IMG/VR virus record: IMGVR_UViG_3300011952_000001
Location: 771 to 64,770 of that record
Direction: 5' to 3' (one strand)
Source of the DNA: a virus
Lineage: Duplodnaviria > Caudoviricetes
DNA: 64,000 nucleotides
Below, piece after piece: positions 57,535 to 64,000 of the stretch (its first letter is position 1; every line of letters starts with the position of its first letter). The notes beneath the pieces are model-generated. The model saw only the letters and a program-made list of their open reading frames with translations. It was not told the origin of the DNA and did no database searches. The position numbers were made by a program, and so were the translations under genes.

Positions 57535-57981
57535 ATGGCAAAAGCGCAAGTGGGCGATTTGATTCGGATTATAAAAGAGAAACGATTTAACGACGAAGGT
57601 ACGCTAGACTTTTTACTCGGAGATATTTACGAAGTAATCGAAGTCGACAGAGATGGAGACGTTAATTTTCACGATGCTGACGGAGAGACAAGGTATATTA
57701 ACGACCAGTCAATTTACGAAATCCACCGCAAAGCTGGCGAGGAGGATACTCCTAAAACGCCATCAGACGCAGTTAATCCGCAACATTACAAGCAAGGACG
57801 CACGGAAGTAATCGATATTATCGAAGACGCAGTCGAAGGAGCTGATCCGTTCGAAGCCGTATGCCAAGCGAATGTACTTAAATACACGCTGCGTTATCGA
57901 CATAAGAACGGCGTCGAGGACTTGAAAAAAGCCGTATGGTACGCAGAGAAACTTATTGCATATTTAGAAGAAAATAAATAG
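57535..57981 (+). CDS. DUF3310 protein (T7 gp1.7 nucleotide-kinase-like)
   Basis: DAVNPQHYKQG..EVIDII...NVLKY..RY..KNGVEDL.KA.WY. Confidence 0.88.
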   Translation: MAKAQVGDLIRIIKEKRFNDEGTLDFLLGDIYEVIEVDRDGDVNFHDADGETRYINDQSIYEIHRKAGEEDTPKTPSDAVNPQHYKQGRTEVIDIIEDAVEGADPFEAVCQANVLKYTLRYRHKNGVEDLKKAVWYAEKLIAYLEENK

Positions 57982-57990
57982 ACGCCTTAT

Positions 57991-58200
57991 TCAGACGTCT
58001 TTTGGAGCACTAATTGCGTTTTCATCTCGTAAAAACCCTATAACATACGTACGTGCACAGGATATGCAGTTGAGTGAAACTTCGTGTCCGAAACCAGAGC
58101 CTTCACCGGCTTGACTATCCCACTCAGCACCAGTATATCCGACATTAAGATTTAATTCATTATTACATGAAACACAACGTAGACCATTAAAATCCGCCAT
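57991..58200 (-). CDS. Small CxxC...CxxC protein with its own promoter
   Basis: CVSC and CISC; RBS AAGGAGG; TTGACC-17-TAATAT at 58250-58222. Confidence 0.68.
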   Translation of the reverse strand: MADFNGLRCVSCNNELNLNVGYTGAEWDSQAGEGSGFGHEVSLNCISCARTYVIGFLRDENAISAPKDV

Positions 58201-58336
58201 AATATCTCCTCCTTATGGATTATATTAACAGATAACTTCTGGTAGGTCAACGCAGAAATGACGCAATTAAAACATTCAAATAGCAAAAAGCCTACCTAGC
58301 GGAATATTACCGTGATGGTAGGCGAGTTTTCTCGTT

Positions 58337-58918
58337 TTATTGACGGAAGATAACGACATTACCGCTAAGTGACGCAGTATCAGCGTAAAACGTCTTACCT
58401 TCGTACTTATCAAGCTTGAATTGGCGGAAAAGCTTCGCTGCAGTGACATCTTTCTTCGCACTAACAAAGTAGCCAGCAGAACGCATTTCGTCCGTAATTG
58501 ACGGCGCAGACGGCTTAACGATAGCAAACGCCTTTTCAGCAGGATTGAACGCAATAAGAACGCGTGAGCGCGGTTTAATGCCAAGCTGCGTTAGTACGTC
58601 GCCTTTCAGATACAGTCGATTACGCTTACCTACGTAAACTTGCGACATACCTTTGTTCGGAACAAACGTAAAACCAGCTAGCAATTGCGCTTCTTCATCG
58701 TCAAATAGAGGCTTAAAGTGATATTCAAGCGAGCGATCAAGCTCCGCACAATAAGCGTCAGCTTCACCAGCCTCTTTAATAGTAGCCATCGGGAATAATT
58801 CGTTATTAAATTCGATGCCAACGACGTAAGTATCGGCAACAGATTCGCAATATGAGCGTGCTGATTCGTTGATTATCGGCAATAGTTCTTCTAGCGTATA
58901 AAATTTCGCAACAGTCAT
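58337..58918 (-). CDS. Hypothetical protein with AbrB-like C-terminal segment
   Basis: NRLYLKGDVLTQLGIKPRSRVLIAF pattern; promoter TTGATA-17-TATAAT at 59008-58980. Confidence 0.6.
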   Translation of the reverse strand: MTVAKFYTLEELLPIINESARSYCESVADTYVVGIEFNNELFPMATIKEAGEADAYCAELDRSLEYHFKPLFDDEEAQLLAGFTFVPNKGMSQVYVGKRNRLYLKGDVLTQLGIKPRSRVLIAFNPAEKAFAIVKPSAPSITDEMRSAGYFVSAKKDVTAAKLFRQFKLDKYEGKTFYADTASLSGNVVIFRQ

Positions 58919-59044
58919 AAGTCACACCTCCGTGTTTTTATATGTGAAAGAACGTCATATTTTCGTTAATGATAATGATATTATAACAGATAAGAAACGC
59001 AATATCAACGCAAAAGGAAAATAGACATTAGGGAGGGAATTTAT

Positions 59045-60607
59045 TTGTTTAACGCAGACTTTTATCCAACACCTGACGAATTGATTCGTGATCTACTCGC
59101 GCTTAGTTTCAGTGGAAACTTTGCAAATATGCGAGATATTGAACGCTTCACATTAAAAGGGCGTGTACTAGAGCCTAGCGCCGGTAAAGGTAATATTATT
59201 GACTACATTCTCAAAAGAAATAAATTGATAAAAGTCGATGCTATCGAAAGTGACTCGCAACTAGCGAACTTCTTAATGGGTGCCGGACATACAGTAGTGT
59301 GGTCAGATTTCCTCACATACGAGACATACCGTGAATATAACGCCATTGTTATGAATCCACCATTCAGTTCAGACGATAAGCACTTATTACACGCAATACG
59401 GCTTGCGAGCAAACAAATTACGAAGGATTGCGAAATATATGCGATTATCAACGCAGAAACAGTCAAAAATCCTTTTAGTACAAGTAGGAAAGAGCTCGCA
59501 CGATTACTTGACGCATATGGCGCAAGAATTGAATTTGTTAGTAACGGATTTAGTGCTGCAGAGCGTAAAACTAATGTAGAAGTAGCACTCATTTACCTTA
59601 ATGTCACTCGTGTCGATGATAGCGAGGAATTGTACAGACGCACAGTCGACGCAGTTCGTAGCACAAATGAGGTAACAGAGCAAGCAAGTGATATATCAAC
59701 AGCATTAAGTACATTTGTAAAACAAAATGAAGTTCAAGAACGTGTCGACGATATAACACGCCTCGTGTACGAATACGAGCAAGCCGCTAAGTTTACGCGA
59801 GAGGCATATGAAACGCACGTTCAAAAGATGAGATTCCTTGAATACATTTCAAACGTAAATGGTGGCAAAATGTATACTCCTCGTGATGGTGCAGCAGAGG
59901 ACTATGAAGGCGAATTGCAACGATTGCGCACGTCCTATTGGACGCTAATACTTCGCACAGACGAATTTATGAAGAAATTAACAACACAAGCACGCGAGAA
60001 GTTAAGTCGACAAATAGAAGCATCAGCTGACTTAGAAATCAATACTACAAACGTCTATATGCTGTTACAGGCAATTATGGCGAACTCGTCCGATATGCTG
60101 ATTAGTAGTGTCGTTAGCATGTTTGAGAAAATCACGTCATTTAGCCGTCGTGATTACTCTGATAACATCCATTACTATAACGGGTGGTATACGAATGAGG
60201 CATATAAAATCGGAAAGAAAATTATTTATCCATTCTACAGCACGTTTAGTTCATGGGATATGGGCGAACGTGATGGATTCACTAGCGTCGATTATCGTAT
60301 AAAAGGATTTATCCTCGACCTACTAAAAGCGTTCGAGCCGTTTCGAGTGGTTGATTACGAATTTAAAATGACAGCGATTGGTGAATTTGAGAACGATATA
60401 ATGCGCTTTAAAATGTTTAAAAAAGGTACAATCCACGTTTGGTTTAAAGATTTAGACACGCTTAACAAGATTAACTTCGTTTGTGGTCGCCATTTTAACT
60501 GGCTGCCTACGGAGGATGACTTACAAAATGACGCTGCAGCACGCGAATTTGTTGCGAAGGAGTTCGGTGGTATTGTAACGGATGTTAGCAGACTACTTAT
60601 CGCCTAA
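59045..60607 (+). CDS. Orphan N6-adenine DNA methyltransferase with DUF4942-like C-terminus
   Basis: DFYPTP, VLEPSAGKG (motif I), NPPF (motif IV), FKMFKKGTIH.WF. Confidence 0.85.
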   Translation: MFNADFYPTPDELIRDLLALSFSGNFANMRDIERFTLKGRVLEPSAGKGNIIDYILKRNKLIKVDAIESDSQLANFLMGAGHTVVWSDFLTYETYREYNAIVMNPPFSSDDKHLLHAIRLASKQITKDCEIYAIINAETVKNPFSTSRKELARLLDAYGARIEFVSNGFSAAERKTNVEVALIYLNVTRVDDSEELYRRTVDAVRSTNEVTEQASDISTALSTFVKQNEVQERVDDITRLVYEYEQAAKFTREAYETHVQKMRFLEYISNVNGGKMYTPRDGAAEDYEGELQRLRTSYWTLILRTDEFMKKLTTQAREKLSRQIEASADLEINTTNVYMLLQAIMANSSDMLISSVVSMFEKITSFSRRDYSDNIHYYNGWYTNEAYKIGKKIIYPFYSTFSSWDMGERDGFTSVDYRIKGFILDLLKAFEPFRVVDYEFKMTAIGEFENDIMRFKMFKKGTIHVWFKDLDTLNKINFVCGRHFNWLPTEDDLQNDAAAREFVAKEFGGIVTDVSRLLIA

Positions 60608-60624
60608 ATAGGAGGAATTAGAAA

Positions 60625-60975
60625 ATGACGCAAATTAAACGTAAATCGACCGCAAAAGCAATATTATCGAACTTACACGCACTAAGAGAACGCCGTTATG
60701 TCGGAGATTTAGACGCCAGTGATACGCTAATCGACTTTGAGCGTGCGCTAGGTATGGCGAAACTAACGAAAAGGCAGTCGGAGGCTATTCGGCTTGTATA
60801 TAACGTAGGATTGACGCAAAAGCAAGCTGCGAAGGAGATGGGCGTTGGCCAAGACGTAGTAAGCGAACACATTCGTAAAGCTACCGAAGAATTAGACGAA
60901 GTTTACGAAATGTGGGCGTGGAAAGACGGGGAGTTGAGCGCTAGTGATTTCGTAGAAGAAACGGAGGCCATTTAA
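60625..60975 (+). CDS. Sigma-70 region-4-like HTH protein
   Basis: LTKRQSEAIRLVY..GLTQKQAAKEMGVGQDVVS. Confidence 0.8.
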   Translation: MTQIKRKSTAKAILSNLHALRERRYVGDLDASDTLIDFERALGMAKLTKRQSEAIRLVYNVGLTQKQAAKEMGVGQDVVSEHIRKATEELDEVYEMWAWKDGELSASDFVEETEAI

Positions 60976-60976
60976 T

Positions 60977-61438
60977 ATGACGGAAACGAGAACTACAATT
61001 CACTCGGAAATTACCGCAGAATTTAATCGATATAAGACGGAGAAAACATCTTACGAGCACCGCAAGAAGTTTGTAGAGGACGTAGCAGAACGACACTTCG
61101 CTAAATACGGGAAAATGCCTGGACATACGATATTGGAGCGTTTAGCGTCGTTACTGCTTCGAGAAGATTCATCTGATAACGCTTCGAATAAGGTTCGAAA
61201 GGAAGAATATCCGGTTTTAACAGAGAATCAATACAGACGTCGAACAGAAGGGCGACATAGAGGCCGCTTGTCCTCGGACGGCAAGTTACAACCACTCCAC
61301 CGAGAAGTTCCGTTTTCTCTTGCTGCGACCGTTGCTTCTGATGGCCGAAATTATGCATATCCTACTCGACGCAATATCGACGTAATTGAGCAGATGGATA
61401 TTGAATATTACGGAAAGGATGGTGTATCAAATGATTAG
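60977..61438 (+). CDS. Hypothetical protein
   Basis: LERLASLLL.E...D....KV..EEYP.L.E.Q..RR pattern; coupled to the region-4 gene. Confidence 0.6.
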   Translation: MTETRTTIHSEITAEFNRYKTEKTSYEHRKKFVEDVAERHFAKYGKMPGHTILERLASLLLREDSSDNASNKVRKEEYPVLTENQYRRRTEGRHRGRLSSDGKLQPLHREVPFSLAATVASDGRNYAYPTRRNIDVIEQMDIEYYGKDGVSND

Positions 61439-61988
61439 TATAAAGTTACCAGAACTCTCCGCATCGCTTACCGTTGATAGTCTGGGAAAGAATCGAGAGA
61501 AATTAGAAAACATGCCGGGCATATATTACCTATATGACAGGAATAAGAATCTACTTTATATAGGTCAAGCGAAAAATTTATATAGCCGCCTAATACAACA
61601 TCGTAGTGGTCACAATAACTCTCGGACTTTTTACGAGGATATCGCATATATAGATGTGTCATTCGTATACGATGAATACGAGCGAGAAATATATGAAACT
61701 CACGCCATTCATGAGTTAAGACCCTCATGTAACCGTAGTAAATCGTTTCGCAGAGCGAAAAGTGACGCTGAAGTAGAAGCTGAAGATCGTATTTCAACCT
61801 TGAGAGACGAGCGCAGATTGCTAGTTGAGGAAGTTGTACGCTTACGAGAATCGTTCGGTGAAGCTGAATATTTCTCAGAGAGCGAAATGGATCCCGAAGA
61901 TTTGGCGGATTGGGGTACGATTTTGCATAACGAGAAACTTATCGAAGAAATCGAGGAGGAAATTAAGGAATTAAAACGTGTTAGGTAG
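61431..61988 (+). CDS. GIY-YIG nuclease-family protein
   Basis: PGIYYLYD....LLYIGQAKNLYSRL..H; E.YE...I..L.P.CN. Confidence 0.85.
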   Translation: MISIKLPELSASLTVDSLGKNREKLENMPGIYYLYDRNKNLLYIGQAKNLYSRLIQHRSGHNNSRTFYEDIAYIDVSFVYDEYEREIYETHAIHELRPSCNRSKSFRRAKSDAEVEAEDRISTLRDERRLLVEEVVRLRESFGEAEYFSESEMDPEDLADWGTILHNEKLIEEIEEEIKELKRVR

Positions 61989-62100
61989 CCATATTTTTTA
62001 GTGAAACGTATCTAGCCTAAGAGTACCAAGGATTGGGTTGCGCAGTTACTTACGGGTGCTGCGTCTTTTTATTATTTACAACGAAAAAGGAGACGATTAT

Positions 62101-62502
62101 ATGACGGACAAATTGTCGCGTGGATTATCGGCCATGCAGCTAAAAGTAGACGTAGATGTATCGGAGGCACTTACGGGATTAAAGGCGTTACAACGCGAAG
62201 CTAAGAAGGCTACGCAAGATTTACGTGAGTTAGAAACGGCATTTACGGATATGGCGGACAACAAGCGTTATTTCGTGCGCTGGAAACAGTCGGAAGATGA
62301 CGAGTGTACCGATATTTGTGAAGTATGCTTAAGCGATATTCCTACGAAGTATTTACAGCGCGAACTTGCTAAACGAGAAGGCGTTACTACTTATGAAATT
62401 GCTCCGCATGGTGCAAACGCTAAGTTGACGATAGATAATGTTAATACTGGACAGACGGTAACTATCGAAGGTCCTGCGATTGTGACGGTAAATAAAGACT
62501 AA
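62101..62502 (+). CDS. BC1881-like hypothetical protein
   Basis: LSDIPTKYL..EL.KREGV..Y.I.PH ... EGPAIVTVNKD; ATG 62101 behind AAAAGGAG. Confidence 0.62.
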   Translation: MTDKLSRGLSAMQLKVDVDVSEALTGLKALQREAKKATQDLRELETAFTDMADNKRYFVRWKQSEDDECTDICEVCLSDIPTKYLQRELAKREGVTTYEIAPHGANAKLTIDNVNTGQTVTIEGPAIVTVNKD

Positions 62503-62527
62503 TTTAATTAAACGGAGGCTAAATCGA

Positions 62528-62707
62528 ATGAATAGTTATTATTACGCATACTCACCGAATTTATATCGACATTTAAAAGCGTTAGGATTCCGTTATATCT
62601 GTACGGGACTTAACGAATCAACTATGCGTCAGTTTTGGCAGTATGAAAGAACGCCGGAATTAAGCGCAGCTCTTACGTCATACGCGGAGAATAAGCCGTC
62701 TAAGTAG
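62528..62707 (+). CDS. 59-aa DUF5659-like protein
   Basis: MNSYYYAYSPNLYRHLKALGFRYICTGLN...FWQYERTPELSAAL..Y; RBS CGGAGG; read manually. Confidence 0.62.
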   Translation: MNSYYYAYSPNLYRHLKALGFRYICTGLNESTMRQFWQYERTPELSAALTSYAENKPSK

Positions 62708-62727
62708 GCGATAGGAGGTTAAGTAGA

Positions 62728-63201
62728 ATGACGATAAATCAAACGAAAAAGAGCGGATTTGTTATGGTATCTAACGCATTATTGACGCACTACAACTTTT
62801 ACCCGAAATTCAACGGAAATACACTGCTAGTGTACGCTTATCTATCGAAGTTAAATAATGCCGAATGGGGCTACGCTTTCCCTTCGCAAAATCAAGCGAT
62901 GTCAGACTTGGGCATATCGGACACGACGTTTAAGGCGCAAACTTCGATATTACAAGATTGCGGATTGATTACCATTAAGGATAACGGAGAGGGAGCGTTC
63001 GCCAACAAGGTTTACTACGTACATGATCCGATAGAAAGTGCGGAGTTATTTTACGAAAAGTATCCGCAAGCAAGGGCGGAGTACGATCGTAAGCAGTCGA
63101 TAGCCACGAAGGTTGGCCGTAGCAGACGTAAAGCACGCGAAGAATTAACGAGTAAGATGGCAGAAGATAAGACAATTGACGACGTAGAGTCGTGGTTATA
63201 G
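62728..63201 (+). CDS. HTH protein, replication-initiator-like (HTH_36-type)
   Basis: LLVYAYL...WGYAFPSQ......LGISD.T.......L...GLI...N.YYV. Confidence 0.75.
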   Translation: MTINQTKKSGFVMVSNALLTHYNFYPKFNGNTLLVYAYLSKLNNAEWGYAFPSQNQAMSDLGISDTTFKAQTSILQDCGLITIKDNGEGAFANKVYYVHDPIESAELFYEKYPQARAEYDRKQSIATKVGRSRRKAREELTSKMAEDKTIDDVESWL

Positions 63202-63206
63202 CGTAT

Positions 63207-63429
63207 GTCACAGTAGTTTCTGCTGTGTGTCACAGTAATTTCTACTGTTACGTCACAGTAGTTTTTACTGCGTATATATATTTACTTATATATATTTACT
63301 ATAAATACTTACTATTAACGTCTAAATGCTATCGCATTAATCCGTTGTCTATCAATGTATATTTAATGATGGTATTAATCTAAAAGATTACGACAAAGAA
63401 ATACTTGTCACAGTAATTTCTGCTGTGAC
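63207..63429. repeat. Four ~20-bp imperfect palindromic repeats plus AT-rich tract
   Basis: GTCACAGTARTTTYTRCTG at 63207, 63229, 63252 and 63407; TATATATTTACT twice after copy 3; copy 4 is a full GTCACAG-N9-CTGTGAC palindrome next to the terS RBS. Confidence 0.85.
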
Positions 63430-63448
63430 AGAAAGGAGAGCGATATAA

Positions 63449-63823
63449 ATGGCGAAACTAAACGATAAGCAATACGCAGCTATTGCGATATTATCACAGC
63501 CGAAACGTGGTGGATTAACGTATAAGCAAGTCGCAGAAGAAGTCGGAGTAGCCGAGTCAACATTGCATCTATGGCGTAAAGATGACGGATTTAATGACGA
63601 ATTAAAACGCACTATTATGCGTGATACGATCGATAGACTACCGGAAGTAATGGCAGCAGTACCGGATTTAATTATTAATGACGGAAATGCAGCGATGTTC
63701 AGAACGCTATTACAAGCGCAAGGACTACTGACGGAAAAGGTTGAAGTTAATACGAAAGAATCAGCGTCAGACATCGATTCTATTAAGGCAGATATTGAAC
63801 GACTCCGAAACGGTAATAAATAG
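63449..63823 (+). CDS. terS: Terminase small subunit (phBC6A51-type HTH)
   Basis: LN.KQYAAIAIL..P..GGLTY.QVAEEVGV...TL..WRK...F..EL pattern; precedes terL in the circular gene order. Confidence 0.8.
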   Translation: MAKLNDKQYAAIAILSQPKRGGLTYKQVAEEVGVAESTLHLWRKDDGFNDELKRTIMRDTIDRLPEVMAAVPDLIINDGNAAMFRTLLQAQGLLTEKVEVNTKESASDIDSIKADIERLRNGNK

Positions 63824-64000
63824 CCGTATTATATAGGAAGAAACTACGAATATTGAACGGAATAACGTGCGAGTAATTCGGAGTATGTAACGCGTTTTAT
63901 CGGGCAGAAGCCGTAAATGGACGTGCGCCTGGAACACTTCGGGATATAGGGCGTATAAGGTCGATATATTAGCCGTATTAGTATGCAGTATTTTATGCAT

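Noticed and set aside
63207-63271. Tandem repeats as a mini-CRISPR
   Set aside because: Only 2-3 nt between copies, so no spacers; iteron-like instead.

Overview
The window holds what appears to be an almost complete, circularly permuted genome of a temperate myovirus of a Bacillaceae host (possibly Lysinibacillus; my impression from the endolysin C-terminus, not verified). It opens inside terL and closes just after terS. 1-21.2 kb: packaging, head, PBSX/Xkd-like contractile tail and lysis genes, with a free-standing nuclease between terL and portal. 21.2-26.1 kb: mostly minus-strand accessory and maintenance block with an actin-like ParM/ParR partition cassette, centromere-like repeats and a Rep-like gene whose leader has DnaA boxes and an apparent antisense-RNA/attenuator. 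No integrase was recognised, so a phage-plasmid lifestyle is inferred. 26-63.8 kb: early/middle genes (DnaC-like loader, helicase, primase, SSB, family A polymerase with Leu762, Cas4-like exonuclease, RuvC, class II RNR, thioredoxin, dUTPase, ThyX, PhoH, orphan adenine methyltransferase, sigma-like regulators), six homing-type nucleases and many small ORFs. The most unusual signals are non-coding: a ~410-nt multi-domain structured RNA (40560-40970), several minus-strand sigma-A promoters that would make short antisense RNAs across + strand gene leaders (~24.0, 36.9, 37.9 kb), two HTH-gene + iteron + AT-rich modules (26.6, 63.2 kb), a bipartite motif repeated with identical spacing before two regulators, and a +1 frameshift inside terL. 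All family assignments come from motif recognition by eye; no database searches were run.
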